In this document: in pieces, positions 38,302 through 46,618 of the stretch
How the letters are laid out: every line of letters begins with the position of its first letter
How positions within the stretch are numbered: position 1 is the first letter of the stretch
Virus record (IMG/VR): IMGVR_UViG_2974727065_000001
Location: 1-64,000 of that record
Direction: 5' to 3' (one strand)
From: a virus
Lineage: Duplodnaviria; Caudoviricetes
Length of the DNA: 64,000 bases
Program-made: the position numbers and the translations under genes
The notes under the pieces: model-generated
What the model was told of the DNA's origin: nothing
Database searches by the model: none
The model's input: only the letters and a program-made list of their open reading frames with translations

Positions 38302-38313
38302 GGAGAAACACCA

Positions 38314-38709
38314 ATGACACCTACAATGTGCCTTGCAATGGCCCTTTACTTTGAGGTACGTGGCGAAATGAAACATGACCCGGATGCGGGTTATGCAGTC
38401 GCCGAAGTGATCATGAACAGGGTCGAAGATCGTCGTTGGCCTGATAACGTCTGTGCTGTCATCCAGCAGGACAAAGGACCGAAGCCTCACGACTGTCAGT
38501 TCTCATTTTACTGTGATGGGAAGTCTGACAAAATGGGTGACGTTAAAGCCCGTGAGCAGTCGATCGCTATTGCCAAGGATGTCCTTGCAGGTGAACGACC
38601 ACTCGGAATCACTTCCAACCACTACCACACCGACAAGGTGAACCCTTCGTGGAACAAGCGAATGGAGTTTGACGGCCTGATTGGTGGTCATCTCTTCTTC
38701 ACATATTAA
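38314..38709 (+). CDS. SleB-like cell wall hydrolase (Hydrolase_2)
   Basis: CLAMALYFEVRGE, AVAEVIMNRV, WPDNVCAVI, CQFSFYCDG, HYH, IGGHLF. Confidence 0.92.
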   Translation: MTPTMCLAMALYFEVRGEMKHDPDAGYAVAEVIMNRVEDRRWPDNVCAVIQQDKGPKPHDCQFSFYCDGKSDKMGDVKAREQSIAIAKDVLAGERPLGITSNHYHTDKVNPSWNKRMEFDGLIGGHLFFTY

Positions 38710-38734
38710 TGTAACAACTACAGGATAAAGCGAA

Positions 38735-39448
38735 ATGGACTTCCTGAAGAACCTCAACCCCGTCTGGAATGTTTTCATCAATGTTGCTGTGGATGCAGCA
38801 GACCCCTTCCCGGACTTCTTCCAAGAACCCCGTGAGGCTATCGAAGAGTGGAGCAATTCCCTTGGTTGTGGTATGTACTCAGAGGTTTACCCCTCTACCA
38901 AAGAAGACTTCGTCATCAAGATCGGTAACGATATTCACGATGATGGTTGGCTTCACTATGCACTCCGGTGCATTGAAACTAACTCGAAGTACTCCTTCAT
39001 GCCGACGATCAAGAAACTCTTGGTGGACTTCAACAGCAAAGAGTTCTTTGGAGTCATCGAACGGTTGGAGCCTTTGAAGGGTGACTACGAAGAGAAACCA
39101 GACATCTGGATTCAGTATGATATGGGTGATCGGTCGGTCCTCCAATCCAAACTGTACAGTTCAGAACTTCCGAAAGATGTTATGGATGAAATGGTTGAGT
39201 TTCTTGATGGAGAGTCAGAAGCAACCAAACACCATGACCCCTTCCGTTTGGATGCTCACCATGACAACTGGATGACCCGTGAAGATGGGTCGTTCGTCCT
39301 GACAGATCCGTTCTCTCGAACCTCTGTCGGAGAATACACCAAGAAGCTTCTTCGCCAGTTGGCGGAGTCGCACCCTAACCAAGTCCGTGTGATCGAAGAA
39401 GACCACGGTTACTATCCCCCAGAGATCGCTATCGCAGCAGCACAATAA
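38735..39448 (+). CDS. Ser/Thr protein kinase, T7 gp0.7-like
   Basis: LGCGMYSEVY, FVIKIG, ERLEPL, LDAHHDNWM, VLTDPFS. Confidence 0.75.
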   Translation: MDFLKNLNPVWNVFINVAVDAADPFPDFFQEPREAIEEWSNSLGCGMYSEVYPSTKEDFVIKIGNDIHDDGWLHYALRCIETNSKYSFMPTIKKLLVDFNSKEFFGVIERLEPLKGDYEEKPDIWIQYDMGDRSVLQSKLYSSELPKDVMDEMVEFLDGESEATKHHDPFRLDAHHDNWMTREDGSFVLTDPFSRTSVGEYTKKLLRQLAESHPNQVRVIEEDHGYYPPEIAIAAAQ

Positions 39449-39459
39449 GGAACTACACT

Positions 39460-39633
39460 ATGAACACCCAAACTCAGATCTTCACCGCAGACGAAGCCCG
39501 TAAAGTTGAGCGCAAAGCAATCCAGTGGATCTTCAAGAACATCACCTGTTCGAAGACTCCGGTTCAGGATTTCTCGGTTCGGGCCAACTTCAAAGGCGCT
39601 ACGAAAACCATCACTGTCAACTTCAGCAAGTAA
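39460..39633 (+). CDS. small hypothetical protein (57 aa)
   Basis: AAGGAA RBS; MNTQTQIFTADEARK... Confidence 0.55.
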   Translation: MNTQTQIFTADEARKVERKAIQWIFKNITCSKTPVQDFSVRANFKGATKTITVNFSK

Positions 39634-39641
39634 GGAATCTT

Positions 39642-39923
39642 ATGTTGAACAAAATCAAACAAACCGCGAAGGCTGTGAACAACAAACTTGATGCTTGGTG
39701 TGAGCGTTCTCCGAGGCTGGCACTCTCGATCATCGGGCTTGTGATATTCTCATTCCTTGGATTCCTCCTTGGAGTATTTGTGATCGGGTTCCTCTCATTC
39801 CTTCTTTGGGAATTGCCGGTTTCGTCTCCTCTTCTTCTTTTCCGAGGAACTACGGCGCTCGGCTTCATTGTCGGAGTGATCTTCATCCTTGATAAGGATG
39901 GTGCAAATGTCCTTGACCGATAA
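39642..39923 (+). CDS. two-TM membrane protein
   Basis: AAGGAA RBS; hydrophobic segments. Confidence 0.6.
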   Translation: MLNKIKQTAKAVNNKLDAWCERSPRLALSIIGLVIFSFLGFLLGVFVIGFLSFLLWELPVSSPLLLFRGTTALGFIVGVIFILDKDGANVLDR

Positions 39924-40080
39924 ACTAGAAGCTCGCGTTATCGCACCCTATGAAGAACTGGAGTTCTGCCCTGTGCTGGACTTCAAAGATGGTGTTTATA
40001 TCGTCCTGAAAGACCCTGACGGTATCAACCGTTTCATCGACCTGAAAACAACACAAGTGGAAATCCAAAATGTGCAATGA
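39907..40080 (+). CDS. hypothetical protein
   Basis: Part of ORF 39889..40080. Confidence 0.45.
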   Translation: MSLTDKLEARVIAPYEELEFCPVLDFKDGVYIVLKDPDGINRFIDLKTTQVEIQNVQ

Positions 40081-40624
40081 GAAAATCGCTCTCGGCTACG
40101 AACTCTACACCTCTGGTTACGTGAACCGTTACCACTCGCATCCTCACCCTCATCTGCGGAATGCACAAGACCTGACGGACGCTCACAGCAACCGTATGGT
40201 GAAGCTTCTGTATCTGTTCTTCCCCGAACTTGCTCATCGGGGGACTCTGGTGGCTTACATCGTCATGCACGATGCAGGAGAATCGGCTTCCGGTGACAGC
40301 CCGTTCACTGCGAAGATCGCCAATCCGAAGTTGAAGGAAGCTCTGGATGAGGTTGAAGGTCAACGTCTGGCACAGTTCTATGGGCTGTTTCAGAATGATC
40401 TTCGTATCGACCTGACCCAGAAAGAAGAGAACGTGGTCAAGCTGCTGGATCTTCTCGAAAGCTTCTTGTTCCAAGCGATCCACGCACCGGGGCGTATGGA
40501 CGAAGAGCATCACCTCTTTCAGAACATCGAGAAGCGTGCTCGTGAACTGGAAGTCTACCCTGAAGTTCGCTGTATGATGATGCACGCACTTCACCGCAAC
40601 AATGCCGCAACGAAAGGCTACTAA
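40070..40624 (+). CDS. HD-domain phosphohydrolase (YfbR/5'-deoxynucleotidase-like)
   Basis: VNRYH, DAHSNRM, IVMHDAGESASGDSPFTAK, VKLLDLLE. Confidence 0.8.
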   Translation: MCNEKIALGYELYTSGYVNRYHSHPHPHLRNAQDLTDAHSNRMVKLLYLFFPELAHRGTLVAYIVMHDAGESASGDSPFTAKIANPKLKEALDEVEGQRLAQFYGLFQNDLRIDLTQKEENVVKLLDLLESFLFQAIHAPGRMDEEHHLFQNIEKRARELEVYPEVRCMMMHALHRNNAATKGY

Positions 40625-40720
40625 CTATGGAAGAAATGATCATTGAAGGTCTGCAATCACCTTGGTTGATTGTTGTTCCTGTTGTCGCTCTGATTTTGGT
40701 ATGGGTCTTGAAAGGAGATC

Positions 40721-40966
40721 TTGATGAGTAACTTTCTTGTGAAAGCTCTCTCGGAAGCTGATGCAGAAGGCTTCCAAACCTTTGAGGTTCAACGCCGCTC
40801 TCCGTTCAGTGGCAAGATGAACACAATGACTCTGCGTTTCGACGCGGGGTCTCTTGAAGCTTGGCTTCGTGGAGAAATGCTGATTCAAGATGCCTTCCCT
40901 CACCTGAATGCTGATGAACGCGAATTCATCAAGACAGGTATCACCGCCGAAGAGTGGCCTTCATAG
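40721..40966 (+). CDS. conserved phage hypothetical protein
   Basis: SPFSGKMNTM...LIQDAFPHLNADEREFIKTGIT.EEW. Confidence 0.65.
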   Translation: MMSNFLVKALSEADAEGFQTFEVQRRSPFSGKMNTMTLRFDAGSLEAWLRGEMLIQDAFPHLNADEREFIKTGITAEEWPS

Positions 40967-40975
40967 GAGACTACA

Positions 40976-41197
40976 ATGAAAGACGTTCGTATTGACGTTT
41001 TCAAAGCTGAGTTCAATGAAGAGATTCGTGGAGTGAAAGCTTTCGTGGAGGGAGGGATTGAGGTCTCTCTCAACACCTACGAGAACTCTATCGCTATTTT
41101 CGACGATAGCGACGATATCGGCTCAGTGATTGATGTGATCAATGGAGCATCCTACGATGACTTCATCAACAAAGTCGAAGAATACAGAAACCAGTAG
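40976..41197 (+). CDS. acidic hypothetical protein
   Basis: AGGAG RBS. Confidence 0.55.
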   Translation: MKDVRIDVFKAEFNEEIRGVKAFVEGGIEVSLNTYENSIAIFDDSDDIGSVIDVINGASYDDFINKVEEYRNQ

Positions 41198-41210
41198 CCA
41201 AGGAGCTAAC

Positions 41211-41504
41211 ATGACTGACCTCGTAACCCACGCAGTAACCTTTGACAACGGTTCCGATATGTATCTGACGGAGAAACAACTCAAGAAGATGAAAGAAACG
41301 ATCGGTACCAAAGGGTACTTTGTAGAGGGGATTGAACCCCGTGAACCCTCGAAAGAGCTCAAACGGCACAACCTTGCGTTCTCCTCTCTGGTGGGGGCGA
41401 TGAATGCCAAACAAATGGGTGAAGACGCGATCTCTGTTTCGTCTTCTCTTGAAGAAAGCATCATGGAAGATCTTTACGAAGGTCTCATGGAAATCCTCGA
41501 CTAA
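41211..41504 (+). CDS. hypothetical protein
   Basis: AAGGAG RBS before ATG 41211. Confidence 0.55.
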   Translation: MTDLVTHAVTFDNGSDMYLTEKQLKKMKETIGTKGYFVEGIEPREPSKELKRHNLAFSSLVGAMNAKQMGEDAISVSSSLEESIMEDLYEGLMEILD

Positions 41505-41533
41505 ACAACTCTCTGATAGAAGGAAAAGAGAAC

Positions 41534-42343
41534 ATGGAAAATAACTTCAAAGCTGGTGATCTGGTTCGTCTCGTTTGGAATGGTATTCTGGACAAGAAGT
41601 CTGATGAGATTTTGGTGGTCGCTGAAGGTGATACCTTCGTAGTGAACCTGAATGGTCGCGGTGGTCGTATACTCTATGGTATGGATCACAAGTTTGAACT
41701 CATTACCAAAGCTGGTGAGTGGGGAGTCCTGAAAGACCTCAACCTGAAAGAAGGTGATGAGGTTGCGATGGTCTGCAAGCAAGGTCCGAATGTTTGGTGT
41801 TTTCTCCAAGACAAGGTCTCTGTGGTTGGTGTTGACCCTGAATACGGGCTTTCGGTAGATTGTGTTCCGATCAACGGAATTACCACATACGAGCCACCTA
41901 ACCAGATCTTCCGGGTAGTTTCCCGTAAGAAAGTTGAACAACCGAAGAAACAGAAACAGGAGAAGACAATGGACCGTTCTGACAACGGAATGCCGAACTA
42001 CAATGTCACGGGATGGGGTAACACCCTGAATGCGATCCCGCTGGCTGAACAACCTGAAGTAAAGAGCCTCGCAGAACGCCGTAGCTATGATGCTCTGGGT
42101 CGTGAATTTGGTATCGCTGCTTCGACTGCTTGGCGTATTGTCAAGCTGCACACCCAAGGTGATGATCAGATCATTGCACCGCAAGGTGACTACGACAAGA
42201 ACTTCCGTATGCGGGCTTGCATCCTTGCAAATCGCCACGGTGCTCGTCAAGCTGCAGCCATGATGGGTTGTAGCGTTGGTTCAGTTTACAACTGGATCAA
42301 AGCCTATGACATGGCAAACACCTACTTCAACCCCAAACAGTAA
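41534..42343 (+). CDS. protein with C-terminal tandem HTH-like motifs; possible internal start ~41969
   Basis: SYDALGREFGIAASTAWRIV and ARQAAAMMGCSVGSVYNWIK; AGGAG before internal ATG. Confidence 0.55.
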   Translation: MENNFKAGDLVRLVWNGILDKKSDEILVVAEGDTFVVNLNGRGGRILYGMDHKFELITKAGEWGVLKDLNLKEGDEVAMVCKQGPNVWCFLQDKVSVVGVDPEYGLSVDCVPINGITTYEPPNQIFRVVSRKKVEQPKKQKQEKTMDRSDNGMPNYNVTGWGNTLNAIPLAEQPEVKSLAERRSYDALGREFGIAASTAWRIVKLHTQGDDQIIAPQGDYDKNFRMRACILANRHGARQAAAMMGCSVGSVYNWIKAYDMANTYFNPKQ

Positions 42344-42355
42344 GACCTCACCCTT

Positions 42356-42415
42356 GCCCCCTCTGGCTGTCCTTTATGGATGGTTGGAGGGGGCTTCCTA
42401 ACCCTTAATTTTTTT
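42356..42415 (+). terminator. G.U-rich hairpin with displaced U-tract ahead of RNAP gene
   Basis: GCCCCCTCTGGCTGTCC/GGATGGTTGGAGGGGGC, T7 run about 14 nt downstream. Confidence 0.6.
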
Positions 42416-42435
42416 CGAAATGATGAGGAGAAAGA

Positions 42436-44634
42436 ATGGACGCTGAGAAAGTCCTAAGTGAATTGACAGTAGACCTGACTTACCGAATGGATAAGTTGGA
42501 TGCACGAGGGGGTGCCTACTGGATCAAACAAGCGGAACTCGATCCGAGATTCCTTATCGAATTCTCCTACTCTCATGTTCTGAGAGCCTTGGAAAGAAGG
42601 GGTACACTTGTTGAGGTATCTTCCAGTATCGGAAGGCGTCTGAGACAAAAGCTGAAGCTCAAGCAGAACAGTGTTGAGGAAATTCATGGTGGTTGGTTCA
42701 TCCTGATTTCCTTTGTGGACATGGGCCTGATCAGTTATACCAAGGAGAAAACAAAGAAGAACGACACAAGGACTTCGAAACACCGTTCCTTTGTGTTGTT
42801 TGCTCAAGATTGGGATCGCCTAAAGATCCTGATGGACACTATCGACAACGATCACTGTGATATGTTCCCTGTGAAGGTCCGTCCAGCACAATGGGAACCG
42901 GGATACCCTTACCACTCGACAACAGGGACACCGATCGTGAAGAAGGGGTCCAAGATGCAGTTGGATCCTTTCAAAGAACCTGTTCCAGAAATGAACATCT
43001 TGTTTGACACCCTGAACAAGTTGTCCTCAACGGGTTGGCGAATCAACCGTCCTGTATTTGAAGCCTACAAGTTCTTTCAGGATAACCTCGACAAGTTCGA
43101 CAAGTCACCCTTCAAACTGAAGAAGGAACAGGACCAGAAGAAGAAGAAGTCAATGGTGGTTGAAATGGAGGCCATCCGGAGACTTGCTGATAAGAATCTG
43201 GACCATGCTTTCTATCACCTGTACAACTTCGATTTCCGGGGTCGTATCTACCCTAACACAGCCTTCCTCCATGAACAGTCTTCTGATAACGCTAAGGGTA
43301 TCCTGACGTTGGATGAGAAGGTTCCTTTGGGAAAGGATGGAATGAAGTGGCTGTACTTCCATGCCACAAACTCTTGGGGTGAAGATAAACTTGAGCTTCC
43401 TGACCGTGTTCAGTGGGCGAAGGATCACCTCTCTATGATCTGGGCTTGCGCTGAAGACCCTTACAGCAATCAGGAATGGCTCGAAGCAGAAAAAGCCTTC
43501 AGCTTCCTTGCTTGTTGTATCGAGATCAAGGCTGCCCTTGAGTTCGCTCAAGACCATCCTGTATCAGAGTTTGAGTCAGGGCTTCCAATCTACATCGACG
43601 GGACAAACAACGGGGTCCAACACCTTGCTGCTATGTCTCAGGATGAGGAAGTTGCCCCTCTCGTAAACCTTGTACCTCAGAAGAAGCCCGGTGATGTTTA
43701 TATGTTCATCGCTGACAAGGCTTGGGGTCGTATCGAAGGTATGTGCTCGGAGCTTCCTCAGAAGATCTTGAAGAAGTTCGAAGAGACCTTTGAAGAGGGG
43801 AAACGGCTACAGCAAATCTACGCTGATGCCCCACCAAAGAGTGAACGGAAGGCTCTTGCTTATGCTGACCTGAAACACTGGAAACACACCAAGAGGAAAC
43901 TCCGGGAACAACTCTTTCCTGTCTATTGGGCAGGAGTGACAGACCCGAAGATCCGAAGAAAGACCGTTAAAAGGAACACTATGACTCTGGGTTATGGTGG
44001 GACAGAATACGGTATGGGCCAACAGGTGATCGAAGATACTCGCCAGCTTTCTGATTACCTCCGGGATAAAGACTATCTTTGGGGGATCATGATGGGAGAA
44101 CTGGTCTACAACACCTGTTATGCAGAACTTAAAGGTCCAGCGGCTATGTTGCGTATGTTTGAGGCTCTTGCTGACCGTTCCAATGGGAAGAGTGAACCTC
44201 TCGCTTGGCGTTCCCCTTTGACCCGCTTCCCTGTGGTTCAGGACTACCGGAAAGCTAAGAGTGTTCGTCTCAAGCTCAAGCACAATGATCGTACTCTCTG
44301 GACCCAGATTCAGGTCTGGGAAGAGGCAACTCTGAATGAGAGTAAACAAAGAACGGGTGCAGCGCCTAATATCGTGCATAGTCTCGATGCGGTTCACCTC
44401 ACTATCACTGTCTACTATGCTGACTACCCTATGGTAGTTGTTCACGACTCCTTTGGTTGCCATGCAGGTAACATGGAGAAACTGTTCCGCCATGTAAGAC
44501 AAACCTTCGTGGATCTCTATGCAGCGAACCCGCTCGAAGATATCCTCGGACAACTCGACTCTGAAGATCTAATGCCAGAAAAAGGAAACCTTGATGTCTC
44601 TGAAATCCTCTCCTCAGACTTTGCATTCTCTTGA
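42436..44634 (+). CDS. T7-family single-subunit DNA-directed RNA polymerase (non-virion)
   Basis: FDFRGRIYP, motif A IDGTNNGVQH, motif B RKTVKRNTMTLGYG, APNIVHSLDA, motif C VHDSFGCH. Confidence 0.96.
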   Translation: MDAEKVLSELTVDLTYRMDKLDARGGAYWIKQAELDPRFLIEFSYSHVLRALERRGTLVEVSSSIGRRLRQKLKLKQNSVEEIHGGWFILISFVDMGLISYTKEKTKKNDTRTSKHRSFVLFAQDWDRLKILMDTIDNDHCDMFPVKVRPAQWEPGYPYHSTTGTPIVKKGSKMQLDPFKEPVPEMNILFDTLNKLSSTGWRINRPVFEAYKFFQDNLDKFDKSPFKLKKEQDQKKKKSMVVEMEAIRRLADKNLDHAFYHLYNFDFRGRIYPNTAFLHEQSSDNAKGILTLDEKVPLGKDGMKWLYFHATNSWGEDKLELPDRVQWAKDHLSMIWACAEDPYSNQEWLEAEKAFSFLACCIEIKAALEFAQDHPVSEFESGLPIYIDGTNNGVQHLAAMSQDEEVAPLVNLVPQKKPGDVYMFIADKAWGRIEGMCSELPQKILKKFEETFEEGKRLQQIYADAPPKSERKALAYADLKHWKHTKRKLREQLFPVYWAGVTDPKIRRKTVKRNTMTLGYGGTEYGMGQQVIEDTRQLSDYLRDKDYLWGIMMGELVYNTCYAELKGPAAMLRMFEALADRSNGKSEPLAWRSPLTRFPVVQDYRKAKSVRLKLKHNDRTLWTQIQVWEEATLNESKQRTGAAPNIVHSLDAVHLTITVYYADYPMVVVHDSFGCHAGNMEKLFRHVRQTFVDLYAANPLEDILGQLDSEDLMPEKGNLDVSEILSSDFAFS

Positions 44635-44938
44635 AGTAGGTGATACTGTTTTCATCTTGAACAATGTTGATGACGGTGCGTTCGTTCAATCAACTCTCGT
44701 CATTGACTCGATTTTCGATGGGGGTTGGGTAGGAGGTCAAGCCTCTTACCTTTATACCAATGAAGAGACGGGAGAAATCGAAGAGTCTGGCCCTGAACAT
44801 GCTGAGTGGTGTGCAACGGACAACGACTACGACTACTTCCGTGTTTACATGGTTGTGACCAAAGACCAACAAGTGCTTTGCGTTGAACCGGGAAAATCAA
44901 TCTACTGTGGAGTGAAGGAAGAAAATGCAACAGAATAA
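44594..44938 (+). CDS. hypothetical protein
   Basis: AAGGAAA RBS; overlaps RNAP 3' end. Confidence 0.5.
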   Translation: MSLKSSPQTLHSLEVGDTVFILNNVDDGAFVQSTLVIDSIFDGGWVGGQASYLYTNEETGEIEESGPEHAEWCATDNDYDYFRVYMVVTKDQQVLCVEPGKSIYCGVKEENATE

Positions 44939-45173
44939 GATGACCTTCGAAGAGATCATGCCTCAGATCGAAGTTGGGAAGCGTTATAAGATCCTGACCG
45001 AAGATTGGGAGACAGATCCTCATACCACTCTCATTGCAGAATGTGTTGAGAAGTGGGAAGATGCAGTCGGCTTCATGATCATTGATCGTGAGGACATGCC
45101 AAACTACTACGCTGAGATTTATGAGGGGGAGTTGGAGGAGGTATACCGTGGTCCAGCACCCGAATTCCTCTAA
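44925..45173 (+). CDS. hypothetical protein
   Basis: ORF track, RBS. Confidence 0.5.
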   Translation: MQQNKMTFEEIMPQIEVGKRYKILTEDWETDPHTTLIAECVEKWEDAVGFMIIDREDMPNYYAEIYEGELEEVYRGPAPEFL

Positions 45174-45220
45174 GGATGACCCCCATGACAACTGTGAACA
45201 CTGGATAATCTGGATACAAA

Positions 45221-45406
45221 ATGAGCTACGAGAAAAAGCGCGAATCGAAAGGGATCGGGCCGGGAGGTCTTAACTGTGTGTGTTGTGGCCCAGCACCCGG
45301 TCCTGAACGTACCAAGTGGAAACGCCAACAGAAACGTGCTCGGAAGCATGAAGAGAAAATGAAACTCCGGGAACAACTCGCCAACATGGAAAGGGATGAC
45401 GACTAA
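45221..45406 (+). CDS. small basic protein
   Basis: GIGPGGLNCVCC, K/R-rich. Confidence 0.5.
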   Translation: MSYEKKRESKGIGPGGLNCVCCGPAPGPERTKWKRQQKRARKHEEKMKLREQLANMERDDD

Positions 45407-45615
45407 TGCAACTTGCACATCTGAACCGTATCGAATCTGAAGCTGAACGTTTCCTTGAGAGGATCCAACGTTACAAGGATCGTTTGGCAAGGGATCAGTA
45501 CTTCGCTCGTTATCATGACATCAACGGCAGTCCCGAATCTGGGGCTGTCCGAAGGTCCAGTTTGGATCTTTCCCGTGAACTGACTCAATTCCGTAATGGT
45601 TACAGGAGCTACTAA
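45406..45615 (+). CDS. hypothetical protein
   Basis: TAATG coupling; ESGAVRRSSLDLSRELT. Confidence 0.55.
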   Translation: MQLAHLNRIESEAERFLERIQRYKDRLARDQYFARYHDINGSPESGAVRRSSLDLSRELTQFRNGYRSY

Positions 45616-45617
45616 GC

Positions 45618-45917
45618 ATGAAACTTGAACGAATCCCTGAGAGCCACCTCGAACTCCCTCACCTGTTTGCTTACTACGATCGTGAGAAAGAAGAGGTGAA
45701 TTGGGTTCTCGACTCTGCCCAGATCTGGGACATGCCCTGTATGGGTGATGGAACCAACATGTATCAGGTAAGCCGTAACGGAAATGCCTTGATCGTCAGT
45801 GCCACTTGCTGGTATCACTGCAAAGGTGAGTTCTCTGTCAAGGTTACTGATCTGGAACCTGATGAGGCAGTGAAGAAGGTGGATGAAGCGGCCGAACTCT
45901 TTGCCCTTGAATTCTAA
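45618..45917 (+). CDS. hypothetical protein
   Basis: AGGAG RBS. Confidence 0.5.
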   Translation: MKLERIPESHLELPHLFAYYDREKEEVNWVLDSAQIWDMPCMGDGTNMYQVSRNGNALIVSATCWYHCKGEFSVKVTDLEPDEAVKKVDEAAELFALEF

Positions 45918-46231
45918 TGGGAAAAATAGGGTGCGTTAAAGAGGGGGACCCTATCTGGGGTTCTCCTGTGGAGATAGAAAGAAGGAACCGTATCCGTCTC
46001 TCTGTTGCTGCTTATGCTTATGAATACAAAGATGACTCGATCATGTCTGATGCTGAGTTTGATGCTCTCTCCTACAAGATTGATGTTTCTGTAAGTACAA
46101 AGAACAGAAAGATGGACAACTTCTTCAAGAAGAATTTCGAACCCTGTACAGGTATGTGGATCAGAAAGCATCCTGACAAACGTGGTTTGGAAAACATCTA
46201 TCACCGATACTTCAAGAAGGATGAAGCATGA
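45917..46231 (+). CDS. stand-alone NAD+-ligase domain Ia-like protein
   Basis: AAYAYEYKDDSIMSDAEFDAL resembles YY...P.ISD.EYD.L of LigA subdomain Ia; no adenylation domain. Confidence 0.65.
   Translation: MGKIGCVKEGDPIWGSPVEIERRNRIRLSVAAYAYEYKDDSIMSDAEFDALSYKIDVSVSTKNRKMDNFFKKNFEPCTGMWIRKHPDKRGLENIYHRYFKKDEA
45926..45947 (+). promoter_or_regulatory. phage RNAP promoter (intragenic)
   Basis: ATAGGGTGCGTTAAAGAGGGGG. Confidence 0.8.
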
Positions 46232-46554
46232 GTGACTTCATAAACAAGACCAATCAAGGTCGTGTTAAAAAGATGGTTGAACTTGTTGGTTACATGGAGA
46301 AATCAGCAGCAAACAACGATGCTACTCCAGAGGACTGGCAAGAACTACTTGAACCAATCCTTGCTCTGTTGAAAACTAAGGTACCCGAAGAAATAGGGTG
46401 CGTTAAAGATGAACCACCTAAGAAACCCCGCTATGGAACAGCTTCTTGGGCAACCATCCGAGAGATTGCAGAAGATGCTCCTCTCAAAGACCTGACTGTC
46501 GCTATGGCAGTCTACCTCAATCGCATAGATGAGGAACTGCACTCTAAACGATAG
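46228..46554 (+). CDS. hypothetical protein
   Basis: ATGA coupling. Confidence 0.55.
   Translation: MSDFINKTNQGRVKKMVELVGYMEKSAANNDATPEDWQELLEPILALLKTKVPEEIGCVKDEPPKKPRYGTASWATIREIAEDAPLKDLTVAMAVYLNRIDEELHSKR
46393..46410 (+). promoter_or_regulatory. phage RNAP promoter (intragenic)
   Basis: ATAGGGTGCGTTAAAGAT. Confidence 0.7.
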
Positions 46555-46568
46555 GGTGCGTTAAAGAG
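46551..46568 (+). promoter_or_regulatory. phage RNAP promoter for ssb/replication operon
   Basis: ATAGGGTGCGTTAAAGAG overlapping the upstream TAG stop. Confidence 0.85.
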
Positions 46569-46618
46569 AAAACCCTCATAACTACACCATAACGGTATAC
46601 CAAAAAGGAAAACAGCAA

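Noticed and set aside
38533-38550. ATGGGTGACGTTAAAGCC as a 14th phage promoter
   Set aside because: Mismatch in the otherwise invariant ATAGG and no purine-rich start; possible weak site but not counted
40070-40624. HD protein as DatZ of a 2-aminoadenine (Z) genome system
   Set aside because: No purZ-like gene visible in the window; a generic HD hydrolase is the safer call
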